53,782 nt of DNA from Candidatus Bathyarchaeota archaeon. Lineage in GTDB: Archaea; Thermoproteota; Bathyarchaeia; Bathyarchaeales; Bathyarchaeaceae. The translations under genes were made by a program, and so were the position numbers. Where the stretch lies: positions 1-53,782 of the forward strand of contig JAPUUO010000002.1 of assembly GCA_026967815.1 (NCBI GenBank), given 5' to 3'. This document shows, piece after piece, positions 26,417-35,018 of this stretch. Under the pieces are notes generated by a model that was not told the DNA's origin, did not search any database, and worked only from the letters and a program-made list of their open reading frames with translations. How positions within the stretch are numbered: position 1 is the first letter of the stretch; each line of letters starts with the position of its first letter.

Positions 26417-26971
26417 TCATTGAGCCCGTGTGAACAATCGATATTTGCTATCGCCTGCTAACTCTTCTAAAATCCTCTTGGCAACAAGTTTCGCTGGATT
26501 AGGGATATTGGCTCTTTGCTGCAAATCGTCGAAGTTTTTGAAGGGATTTCTTTCTCTTTCGTTGATTATTTGCCACATGTATTTTTTGCCTATACCTGGA
26601 ATTAACTCTAAAGCATGCATCCTAGGGGTTATTGCTTGAGTTGCATTGAAGAAGTTGACGAACAATCTTTCTCGGTCCCGCACAATTTTTTCGATAACGC
26701 CGGGCAGCTCCATTCGGGCTGCGGAAGTTAGTTCGTCATAACCTATTCGCCCAAGGATGTAGGTGATCTTTACTCGGGATTTTTTTCCGACATACACGCG
26801 TTCATACGGCTTGATGAAGATGCCTTCTTTGACAACAGCCTCTAGAAGAGTGAAAAATTCTTCGCCAATAACTTGAACAAGGGCTCCGGCTCTATACCCT
26901 GGTCTAGCGCTAGGTCTACCGTGTTGCAGGAAATCTAGCACATAGGCGTATTCTTCGTATCTTTTTTCCAT
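26417..26971 (-). CDS. DUF655 family RNA-binding (OB + HhH) protein
   Basis: MEKRYEEYAYVLDFLQHGR... and ELIPGIGKK. Conserved position between rpoF and ksgA. Confidence 0.7.
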   Translation of the reverse strand: MEKRYEEYAYVLDFLQHGRPSARPGYRAGALVQVIGEEFFTLLEAVVKEGIFIKPYERVYVGKKSRVKITYILGRIGYDELTSAARMELPGVIEKIVRDRERLFVNFFNATQAITPRMHALELIPGIGKKYMWQIINERERNPFKNFDDLQQRANIPNPAKLVAKRILEELAGDSKYRLFTRAQ

Positions 26972-27030
26972 TCTTTCCTCGCCTAACACTAACGCTGACC
27001 AACAATTTATCTTCTATTGTGGGTAATTGC

Positions 27031-27369
27031 TTATTCTTTTTTTCTATACTGGTCTAAAACGCTTAATATTGCCTGCAACTTGGAAGTTTCCACTATTTTG
27101 CGTCCGCCGGCTAAAAAAACGCGAACTTCTTCTATGCTTTTGGGCATACAGTTTACGAGTTGGACCGCCTCTTCCATTTCCAATTCGAATTTTTCTATGA
27201 GATTTTTTACAAGGGCCGTAACGTTTTTTGGGTCAATACGGGAAAATTTAGAAGCGTAATCTAGGGATCTTCTTTGAAGCTGATCTAGCTTGTCTTCGTC
27301 TAGTGAATCTAACATTTTTTTGACTTGAGCTACTGTTAGAATCTTCTCTTTTGAGCGTTTTGGAGGCAT
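27031..27369 (-). CDS. rpoF: RNA polymerase subunit F (Rpo4)
   Basis: 112 aa helical protein in the conserved L21e-RpoF-DUF655-KsgA gene order. Sequence alone is weakly diagnostic. Confidence 0.65.
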   Translation of the reverse strand: MPPKRSKEKILTVAQVKKMLDSLDEDKLDQLQRRSLDYASKFSRIDPKNVTALVKNLIEKFELEMEEAVQLVNCMPKSIEEVRVFLAGGRKIVETSKLQAILSVLDQYRKKE

Positions 27370-27375
27370 GGTTTT

Positions 27376-27672
27376 TCATCTCCCAGCATGCGGCTCTAGA
27401 TGTTCTGGACGTACAATTATTTGTTTTGTTGCGTCTCCTTGGGTTACATCCACTATGTAGGCTCGTCCTCTTTTTTTGGTGATAATACCTATTCGGCCAT
27501 GATATCTTCGGTGGGGCATGCCTTTGTGGATGCTCGGGTCGAGCTTTACAACGACTTTCTCGCCTGAAGTGAACTCGCGGAGAATTTTGCTTAGTCCAGT
27601 TTTTCCTCTTTCTCGGGGCTTTCTCTTGAGAAGCGCACGAGTTTTGGCTCGGTAGCCCTTAGATTTTTTCAT
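27376..27672 (-). CDS. rpl21e: 50S ribosomal protein L21e
   Basis: 98 aa. Blocks KSKGYRAKTR and GMPHRRYHGRIG. Confidence 0.9.
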   Translation of the reverse strand: MKKSKGYRAKTRALLKRKPRERGKTGLSKILREFTSGEKVVVKLDPSIHKGMPHRRYHGRIGIITKKRGRAYIVDVTQGDATKQIIVRPEHLEPHAGR

Positions 27673-29010
27673 CTAGATCCCCTCTTCCTTTTTCATGATT
27701 ACATTTAAAACGTCTAATTCTAAAGGTTTGGCTTCTACATTTAGGATTTCTGCTACGCTTGGGGTCGTTCGCCCTTCGTCTCCGGTTATTAGTTCTTTTA
27801 TGTAGAGGCCTCCTTGGCATTGAATTCGCATTTCTATCTTGTTAGGTTTCAACCTCTTTACTTTTGCCTTATATATGTACCTTTCTCGAACAAGGTCAGC
27901 TCTTCGGTGAAGTACACGTCTGGGTGTTTGCTGACGAATAACTATGTTTGTGAGGGTTTCAGCTAATTCTGGCAACTTTTCTTTTGAAACGGATTTGTCA
28001 AACTCGACAGCGACTTTATACAGTTTCTGTGCAGCTTCAGCTTTCTTCAGTGTTCTTACGGTATCCTTTGTGACGAAGTGAAAGTTGGAAACTTCAACTT
28101 TACCTTTGGCTTTTTCGTTAACTGCTTGCATTAGGCTTTCAAGGTCGATGAATCTTCTCTTTGGTTTTTTGGTCTCTATAACGAAGGGTCTGCCTCGTCC
28201 TAACATTCTGGCATCGATGTCTTCTCTTCCAGCTCCATGAAAAGCTATGGTCTCTCCTTTAGTGACTTCTAGGGTTGGTCCTCCAATGATTTCTTCAACT
28301 GATTCCGGATACATTTTGCCTGTCCCATTGCATCTTGGGCAGCCTTCGCCTCGGCATTTCACACATAGCCATCTGGATTGGGGTATACCCCGGGCGAGTT
28401 TTCGGTACCTTCCAGCAATGAGAAGTGGATTGACTTGAAGATGAACTTGTCCGGAAAAGGGATTAACTAGAATGACGAGTTCTGGTCTCTTGTAGTCAAC
28501 GGTTTTCTTGGTTGCCTCGGTGATTTCTTTGCCGATTTCTCGGCTGAACTCGTTGCGCATGCTTTCGCCGTGTTTTACCTCGAATTCGGCTTTGAACTCA
28601 TCTTCTTTTTCTTCAGCTTGAGTTGGCAACTCGATGCCTACCAGGAAAGTTGAGAACTCGTAGTTGTTCGATTCTTTTAGCGCTGATCCAACTAGGTTGT
28701 GGATAGATTCGAAACGCCTTTCGCAAAGGTAACAGTGCTGTTTCTCGCCTGGTTGCTTTCCCATTCTTTCTAGGATCTCAGTTGCCACGTTGAATGCGCC
28801 ATTGGTTGCTAGTGTTCGGAGAAGTGTTATTCCAGATCTGGGCTTTGAAAGGGCCAGTCTATGGGCGTTCATTGTTGTGAGAAGTTTTATGGCTTCGCCT
28901 CTTTGTTGGTTGTCGAGTCCAGAGCCAAGTAGGGCAAATTGCCTTCCTAGACAATGGTCGCAGAGAGGGTGTTTCTTCAGCATTTTTTGGGCTTTTTCGA
29001 GAATTTCCAT
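27673..29010 (-). CDS. pus10: tRNA pseudouridine(54/55) synthase Pus10
   Basis: 445 aa. N-terminal CDHCLGRQF zinc module, CVKCRGEGCPRCNGTG, and catalytic HGAGREDIDARMLG. Confidence 0.85.
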   Translation of the reverse strand: MEILEKAQKMLKKHPLCDHCLGRQFALLGSGLDNQQRGEAIKLLTTMNAHRLALSKPRSGITLLRTLATNGAFNVATEILERMGKQPGEKQHCYLCERRFESIHNLVGSALKESNNYEFSTFLVGIELPTQAEEKEDEFKAEFEVKHGESMRNEFSREIGKEITEATKKTVDYKRPELVILVNPFSGQVHLQVNPLLIAGRYRKLARGIPQSRWLCVKCRGEGCPRCNGTGKMYPESVEEIIGGPTLEVTKGETIAFHGAGREDIDARMLGRGRPFVIETKKPKRRFIDLESLMQAVNEKAKGKVEVSNFHFVTKDTVRTLKKAEAAQKLYKVAVEFDKSVSKEKLPELAETLTNIVIRQQTPRRVLHRRADLVRERYIYKAKVKRLKPNKIEMRIQCQGGLYIKELITGDEGRTTPSVAEILNVEAKPLELDVLNVIMKKEEGI

Positions 29011-29074
29011 CAGAAATTTGCTCCCTTTCTTGCTTGTATTCCAAGAACGGCTCAGTTTGTTCTTGTGATTCCTA

Positions 29075-30403
29075 TTATCCCGTGGGTAATTTCTTTCCGA
29101 AGAACGGCAACGACTTTTTTCTTCTCAGGGTCTTCATCATTTTCTTCATCATCGTATATTGTTTCAAGAGTTCTTTAACGTCTTTATCTGCCGTGCCTGA
29201 GCCTCTTGCGACGCGTCTTATTCGTGAGGCTGTGAATATTTTGGGTTTGTCTCTTTCTTCAGGTGTCATGGATTGCATGATGAAGCGCCATTTTTTTAGG
29301 CGGTCTTCGGCTTGGTCCATCATGTCGTCGGGGATGTTGTAGCTCATGCCGGGTATCATTTTTAAGATGCGCTTGAAGGGTCCCATGGTTTTCATGGCTT
29401 CGAATTGTTCGTACATGTCGGTTAAGGTGAACTTGCCGGTTAAGATGGCTCGCATCTTTTTCTCTGGAACTTTCACTTCGGCTTCGCGGACTTTGTCGAT
29501 GAGGCTTTGGATGTCGCCCATGCCGAGTAGTCGTCCGACGAAGCGTGCGGGTACGAAGGGTTCGATGTCTTGGGTTTTTTCGCCTGTGCCGATGAATTTG
29601 ATTGGAGCTTTTGTCGCTGCGACTGCTGATAGGGCTCCTCCTCCTCGGGCTGAGCCGTCGAGTTTTGTGACGAGGATCGAGCCGATTGGTGTGGCGTCGT
29701 TGAAAGCTTTGGCTTGGATTGCGGCTTGTTGACCTATTGTTCCGTCTACTACGAGGATGACTTCGTTTGGTTTGATTGTTTTTTCCAAGGTTTTCATTTC
29801 GTGGATTAGGCTTTTCTCTTCTTTGTGGCGTCCAGCGGTGTCGATTATGACAACTTCTTTGTCTGTGAATTGTTTTAGTCCGTTTAGGGCGATTTTTGTG
29901 GGGTTTTTGTTTTTTGGTTCACCGTATAGTGGAATGTTTGTGCGTTGGGCGAGTTGTGACAGTTGAGCGTAGGCGCCGGGTCGATAGGTGTCGGCGCAGA
30001 CAACTGCGGTTTTTAGCCCTCGTTTTTGGTAGTATCGCGCGAGTTTGGCACTGGCTGTTGTTTTTCCTGATCCTTGAATTCCAATAAGCATGAGTACGTT
30101 TCTTTTGCTAGGCTTGATCTTTAATGGTACTGGTTTCTCGCCTAGGAAGCGGGTTAGCTCTTCGTAGACTACTTTGATGACGTGTTCCCTTCTGGAAATG
30201 CCTGGGGGAACTTTTGCTTTAAGAGACCGTTCTTCGATTTGTTTTGATATTTCGAGAACAAGTTTAACATTCACGTCTGCTTGGAGCAGGGCTCTTTGTA
30301 TATCTCGTGTGAGTTCTTTCACAACTGCTTCATCAACTACTGGAGCTCGCAAAACTTTTCTTAAAGCACCGTAGAGTGAAGAGCCTAAACGATCAAGAGC
30401 CAT
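29075..30403 (-). CDS. srp54: signal recognition particle protein SRP54
   Basis: MALDRLGSSL start preceded by GGAGAG. Blocks GIQGSGKTT and DTAGRH. Met-rich M domain. Confidence 0.9.
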   Translation of the reverse strand: MALDRLGSSLYGALRKVLRAPVVDEAVVKELTRDIQRALLQADVNVKLVLEISKQIEERSLKAKVPPGISRREHVIKVVYEELTRFLGEKPVPLKIKPSKRNVLMLIGIQGSGKTTASAKLARYYQKRGLKTAVVCADTYRPGAYAQLSQLAQRTNIPLYGEPKNKNPTKIALNGLKQFTDKEVVIIDTAGRHKEEKSLIHEMKTLEKTIKPNEVILVVDGTIGQQAAIQAKAFNDATPIGSILVTKLDGSARGGGALSAVAATKAPIKFIGTGEKTQDIEPFVPARFVGRLLGMGDIQSLIDKVREAEVKVPEKKMRAILTGKFTLTDMYEQFEAMKTMGPFKRILKMIPGMSYNIPDDMMDQAEDRLKKWRFIMQSMTPEERDKPKIFTASRIRRVARGSGTADKDVKELLKQYTMMKKMMKTLRRKKSLPFFGKKLPTG

Positions 30404-30517
30404 GGGTTTCTCTCCATCCATAGATTTGGTGCGCACTTAAATAGGTATTCGTTGTTGCTTGTTTACCATAATCCTTTTGTTTAGGCTTCAAGGACTTCTA
30501 ACCTTAGAGGGACCGTT

Positions 30518-31261
30518 TTGGTTGAAACTGTCAATATTATCGAAAGGAAAGTTGCTCCTTCTAACGCTATAATGCTCAACGGGCTGCCCGACGTGGGTCT
30601 TGTCGGCTTGATAGCCACGTCTCACATAATATCTGAGCTCAAGCTAGCTGAAATAGCCTATATGGACTCAGACCTTTTTCCACCAGTAATTGTCCTTCAT
30701 GAAGGCTTGCCTCATGCGCCAATCAGAATCTTCGGAAACACCGATTTGATTGCTTCGTTTTCAGAGACAGCCATACCCGCAGATGCTGTTCAGCCCTTCA
30801 CGCGCAAACTGGTAGATTGGGCACAGTCAAAAAACGTGAAGCTGATGGTCGCGATGGGAGGCATGCCGGTTCAAAACCGTCAAGACATAATGGAGCCAAG
30901 AGTTTTCGGCGCCGCATCCAACAAGTCGCTTCTTAACATGCTACGCGAAAAAGGCATAGAAGTCCTCAAAGGCGGCTACATGGTTGGACCTTACGCGCTC
31001 ATAATGCGTTACTGCGCAGAAAGGAACGTTCCAGCGATCGCCTTGTTGGCGGAGTCATTTTATAAATATCCAGACCCAGTGGCCGCAGCCGCCACTCTCA
31101 AGGAATTCAGCAAAATCAGTGGATTGAAGATCGATTTGTCTAGGCTTACGGAGAAAGGTGAAGAGATACGGTTGAAGGCAAGAGACATGATGAAACGCAC
31201 GGAAAGAGAGCTGGGTCGCATGAAAAAAACTCAGGAATACGACCTTCCATTATACGTTTAA
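30518..31261 (+). CDS. PAC2-family proteasome assembly chaperone (paralogue 2, with C-terminal HbYX)
   Basis: 247 aa. NAIMLNGLPDVGLVGLIA. The C-terminus ...DLPLYV ends with a Leu-Tyr-X HbYX-type motif. Confidence 0.8.
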   Translation: MVETVNIIERKVAPSNAIMLNGLPDVGLVGLIATSHIISELKLAEIAYMDSDLFPPVIVLHEGLPHAPIRIFGNTDLIASFSETAIPADAVQPFTRKLVDWAQSKNVKLMVAMGGMPVQNRQDIMEPRVFGAASNKSLLNMLREKGIEVLKGGYMVGPYALIMRYCAERNVPAIALLAESFYKYPDPVAAAATLKEFSKISGLKIDLSRLTEKGEEIRLKARDMMKRTERELGRMKKTQEYDLPLYV

Positions 31262-31277
31262 GGAGAGGTATGGACTC

Positions 31278-31727
31278 ATGCAAGAGAGACGAAGAAGACG
31301 CACAATTCTTGATTTAATAAGAGAATACATCGAAGACATAGAAGCTCTCTCTGAAGAATTCATGGAACCATCCTTCGTAGAACGCCCAAGCTGGAATGCT
31401 CGAACGTGTTGCCTCGAACCCCTCTGCAGCGTTTTCGTAACACCAGACGAAGTAATCGTTACAGCTGACCTGCCAAACACCAATCCAGACACCATAGAAA
31501 TAAGCCCGACAGACGCTGACACCATAGAAATAAGGGCAGAAATGAAACGAAAAATCCGCTTCGACGAGCTTGGCATAACACACAGGAAAGGCGAGTTTCA
31601 ATTCTTCCATTGTCAAACAAACATTCCAGTGCCAGTTAACATGAACATCATAAAAACAGAATTTAAGCGTGGAATATTAGAGGTTCACATACCCCGAAAG
31701 AAAGGCTACAAAATAAAGGTTGAATGA
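31278..31727 (+). CDS. hsp20: Hsp20/alpha-crystallin family small heat shock protein
   Basis: 149 aa. Blocks VIVTADLPN...IEIRAE and GILEVHIPRKK. Confidence 0.75.
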   Translation: MQERRRRRTILDLIREYIEDIEALSEEFMEPSFVERPSWNARTCCLEPLCSVFVTPDEVIVTADLPNTNPDTIEISPTDADTIEIRAEMKRKIRFDELGITHRKGEFQFFHCQTNIPVPVNMNIIKTEFKRGILEVHIPRKKGYKIKVE

Positions 31728-31728
31728 C

Positions 31729-32676
31729 CTATCTCCTCCTTAGTCTATCGAGAACGGCTGCTATTATTATCGGAAACGCTATTGTGACGTCGCAGATGAC
31801 ATTAGCCGACTTGCCGTCTGGTTTGATTTTGCCCCAACTAATGGCCTCTTCAAGAGAAGCACCGCTTAACCCGCCTGGTTCTGGTCGATCCATGGTAATT
31901 TGAACTGCTAGATCTACGCCTTCGCGGAAGGTATTGGCAAACAATGCAAAGTGTTTGGGAAATCCTCCGCCCAAAATTATGATACCTACCTTCTTCGCTT
32001 CATACACCTTGTCCATCAGCGCGTTCACGTCCAGAAGCGGATCTAAGTGCATTGTTTTGTCTTGTCCATAAACCCACAGTTGAAAGCCAGCAATTGAATC
32101 TACAAAAGCAGGACAGATAATCGGCACGTTTTTCCTAGCTGCAGTTGCAAGGATGGAGTTGCGGTCTTCGATTTTTTTGCCTATTTCGTAAAGCAATTCC
32201 GCTGTAGCGAAACGCTGCCTTTTTTCTTCAGGTATAGTATCTAATGTTTTGAAAAGCCACTTTTCCAAAGCCTCGAAAGCTTCTTGCTGAATGTAGATGT
32301 CCCCTATTCTGCCTATGTTTTCAGCTTTCAACCTCTTATCTTCAGCGGCAAAGGTGCCGATTCCATGTTGATACCCTAGCGCCTCAACCATGTCGTGTAC
32401 CATGTTGGCACCAGTTGTAACCAAAACGTGTACATGTTCCTGTTCAATTAAGTCGCAAATCACTCGCCGTAGACCAGCGGGAACCAAGGCACCGGCTAGA
32501 GTTAGAAAGACCGTGCAATCTGAGTTGCTGAACATTTCTGTTACAACATTGGTTGCTTTGCCGATTCTGCCAGCGCCGAGAACCCCTGCTGCGTTCATCT
32601 CTTCAACAAGCTTGCCTACGGTCATTCTTGCCTGCAGCTGCATATGTTTAACATGTTTCATTCGTTCACCATCCAC
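31729..32676 (-). CDS. dys: deoxyhypusine synthase
   Basis: 315 aa. Blocks GAGRIGKA, VFLTLAGALVPAG, VLVTTGAN and IILGGGFPKH. Confidence 0.9.
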   Translation of the reverse strand: MDGERMKHVKHMQLQARMTVGKLVEEMNAAGVLGAGRIGKATNVVTEMFSNSDCTVFLTLAGALVPAGLRRVICDLIEQEHVHVLVTTGANMVHDMVEALGYQHGIGTFAAEDKRLKAENIGRIGDIYIQQEAFEALEKWLFKTLDTIPEEKRQRFATAELLYEIGKKIEDRNSILATAARKNVPIICPAFVDSIAGFQLWVYGQDKTMHLDPLLDVNALMDKVYEAKKVGIIILGGGFPKHFALFANTFREGVDLAVQITMDRPEPGGLSGASLEEAISWGKIKPDGKSANVICDVTIAFPIIIAAVLDRLRRR

Positions 32677-32789
32677 TCAGCGGTTCACAATTAATATTTA
32701 ACATACTTAAATGGTTTGAAGCACGGTAAGTTAAAATATGAGCATAAAAACTGTTCCTAATCCCAAGGACGGAAAGAGAGTGCAAAATT

Positions 32790-34355
32790 TTGGCAAGATC
32801 TGTCAAGATCACTGACACAACCTTTCGAGACGCCCACCAATCTCTTATGGCCACCCGCATGCGAACAGAATCCATGCTTCCCATAGCAGAGAAAATCGAT
32901 GAAGTCGGCTTCTTTTCGCTTGAGGTTTGGGGAGGCGCCACCTTCGACGTTTCTATACGCTACTTAAGAGAAGATCCATGGGAACGACTTCGTCTCCTAA
33001 AACAGCACGTACGCAAAACGCCATTACAAATGCTACTTCGAGGACAGAACATTGTGGGCTACAAGAACTATCCAGACCGTGTCGTCAAGAAGTTTGTTGA
33101 AAAAGCAGCGGAAAACGGCGTTGACATATTTCGAATCTTCGACGCGCTAAACGACACTAGAAATCTTGAAAAGGCTATCGAAACCGCCCGCAAGGTTGGT
33201 GCTCACGTTCAAGGCACAATCTGCTACACTTTGAGCCCGGTTCACACCATCCGGCACTATTTGCAGGTTGCCCAGCGTCTAGCAGAACTACATTGCGATT
33301 CTGTTTGCGTCAAAGACATGGCTGGGATGCTGGCTCCTAAAGACGCCTACGACCTTATCTCAGCCTTGAAAAAGGACGTCGGCTTACCTGTTCATCTGCA
33401 CTGCCACAGCACAAGCGGCATGGCTCTCATGAGCTATCTACGGGCTTGCGACGCCGGAGTTGACATCTTAGATACGGCTTTTTCTCCACTTGGGTGGGGC
33501 ACATCTCAGCCTCCAGTAGAAACAGTCGTCGCCGCCTTGAAAAGTACTCCCTATGATCCCGGCTTTGACATGCGACAGCTCGTGGAAATCGCAGAATACT
33601 TCAACGAGTTGCGGAAGAAATACTACGACCCCCTAAGACTTATTGACCCAATCTCTGAACGAGTTGACCCATCCATCCTAGTCCATCAGATTCCAGGCGG
33701 CATGTTTTCTAATCTGATATCGCAGTTGAAAGAGCAAAATGCGCTTGACAGGCTCAAAGAAGTCTTAGAAGAGGTCCCAAAAGTTCGAAAGGAACTGGGT
33801 TATCCGCCTTTGGTAACTCCAACAAGCCAGCTAGTTGGAACACAAGCGGTTTTCAACGTGCTCTCAGGTGAGAGATACAGCATCGTGCCGAAGGAGGTTA
33901 GAGACTACGTTAGAGGGTTGTATGGTAAACCGCCTGCAGCAATCGATGAAAAGGTTAAGAGAAAGATCATTGGAGAAGAAGAACCCATAACGTGTCGTCC
34001 AGCTGACTTGCTTGAGCCAGAACTTGAAGCCATTCCTGAAGAGGTGAAAAGGTTTACTGAAAGCGAAGAAGACGCTTTAACATATGCTCTTTTTCCGAAA
34101 GCAGCACTAGAATTTTTCCAAAAGAGAAAGCTCAAACGCGAAGAAAAAAAGAGCCTTATGATTCCTGAGCTGGAAAGGCAAGAGCTAGCCGAGGTTGCCG
34201 CAGTTTCAGCTACTATAGCTTCCTATTTAGCCACCAAGCATGAAGCATTAGCTGTGATACCAGCGAGAAGAGCCACAGGTCTCTCTGCATGGACTCTTGC
34301 TGGCAGGAGAAAACTGACAGAGTCCCCGTGGGGTTCATACCTTGAAGGAGCATGA
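32790..34355 (+). CDS. carboxyltransferase subunit of a biotin enzyme (pyruvate carboxylase B / oxaloacetate decarboxylase alpha / transcarboxylase 5S type), lacking the biotinyl domain
   Basis: 521 aa. Blocks ITDTTFRDAHQSL, LEVWGGATFD, HLHCHSTSGMA and QIPGGM. The C-terminal tail AEVAAVSATIASYL...SAWTLAGRRKL resembles OadG-type gamma/delta subunits. Confidence 0.85.
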   Translation: MARSVKITDTTFRDAHQSLMATRMRTESMLPIAEKIDEVGFFSLEVWGGATFDVSIRYLREDPWERLRLLKQHVRKTPLQMLLRGQNIVGYKNYPDRVVKKFVEKAAENGVDIFRIFDALNDTRNLEKAIETARKVGAHVQGTICYTLSPVHTIRHYLQVAQRLAELHCDSVCVKDMAGMLAPKDAYDLISALKKDVGLPVHLHCHSTSGMALMSYLRACDAGVDILDTAFSPLGWGTSQPPVETVVAALKSTPYDPGFDMRQLVEIAEYFNELRKKYYDPLRLIDPISERVDPSILVHQIPGGMFSNLISQLKEQNALDRLKEVLEEVPKVRKELGYPPLVTPTSQLVGTQAVFNVLSGERYSIVPKEVRDYVRGLYGKPPAAIDEKVKRKIIGEEEPITCRPADLLEPELEAIPEEVKRFTESEEDALTYALFPKAALEFFQKRKLKREEKKSLMIPELERQELAEVAAVSATIASYLATKHEALAVIPARRATGLSAWTLAGRRKLTESPWGSYLEGA

Positions 34356-34890
34356 AATTCTCGTAGATGGCAAATCGTACAAGGTAAAATTGGAGGCGTA
34401 CACGGTGGGAACTCCTTTTTCAGTAAGGATTAACGAAAAGGATGTTGAAGGGGAAATTAGCGGTGAGCCAGACTACAAAGCTCCTATTACGGTTACAATC
34501 CAAGGTAAGTCGTACAAAGTAGAACTAAAAAGAATCGATAGAAGGTCGCCATTTCAAGTAAGGGTCAATGGGATACCTTTCACTGTTCAATTCAAAGCCG
34601 CGGAGAGAAAAGTTGCGCGAATCCTTACGCCTTCCGTAGCCGACCTTGCGCCTAGACCATCAAGGAGAATTGCGGAAGAAGGAGAAATCCTAGCTCCAAT
34701 GGCGGGCAAAATTGTTTCAGTCAAAGTAAAAAAGAGTGACAGAGTGAAACTCGGCGATGTCCTCTGCACTTTAGAGGCAATGAAAATGGAAAATGAAATC
34801 ACAGCAACAAAGTCTGGAGAAATCAAAGAAATTAATGTCTCAGAAGGCATAGCTGTAAACGAAGGAGACGTTTTAATCAGAATAAAATAA
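34342..34890 (+). CDS. biotin carboxyl carrier (biotinyl/lipoyl domain) protein with duplicated N-terminal module
   Basis: 182 aa, TTG start overlapping the upstream stop. EAMKMENEI is the biotinylation motif. N-terminal repeats are GKSYKVKLEAYTVGTPFSVRIN and GKSYKVELKRIDRRSPFQVRVN. Confidence 0.8.
   Translation: MKEHEILVDGKSYKVKLEAYTVGTPFSVRINEKDVEGEISGEPDYKAPITVTIQGKSYKVELKRIDRRSPFQVRVNGIPFTVQFKAAERKVARILTPSVADLAPRPSRRIAEEGEILAPMAGKIVSVKVKKSDRVKLGDVLCTLEAMKMENEITATKSGEIKEINVSEGIAVNEGDVLIRIK
34876..34886 (+). repeat. left copy of the 11-bp direct repeat ATCAGAATAAA (last codons of the biotin-carrier gene)
   Basis: Exact match to 37506-37516. With the following bases both copies encode I-R-I-K-stop (ATCAGAATAAAATAA vs ATCAGAATAAAGTAG). 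Confidence 0.6.
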
Positions 34891-34901
34891 TAGTTGACTA
34901 A
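34891..34901 (+). repeat. left inverted repeat TAGTTGACTAA
   Basis: Its reverse complement occurs at 37488-37498. Confidence 0.55.
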
Positions 34902-35018
34902 AGATTCGCGCGCACATTTTTCCAGCTGTGCGTATGCCTCAAATTATTTACCCTAAGACCCAAATGTTCATTACTTCTAAATAGACAAGAACTCCAAATA
35001 GAAATTAAGGGGATTCGC

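Noticed and set aside
31250-31616. Two minus-strand ORFs (108 and 100 aa) opposite hsp20
   Set aside because: They are antisense shadows of a recognisable Hsp20 gene.
34342-34355. Possibility that the carboxyltransferase and the biotin carrier are one gene broken by a frameshift (pseudogene)
   Set aside because: Both ORFs are intact. The overlap (TTG start 14 nt before the TGA stop) looks like ordinary translational coupling, and split architectures are known for this enzyme class. This cannot be fully excluded without orthologues.
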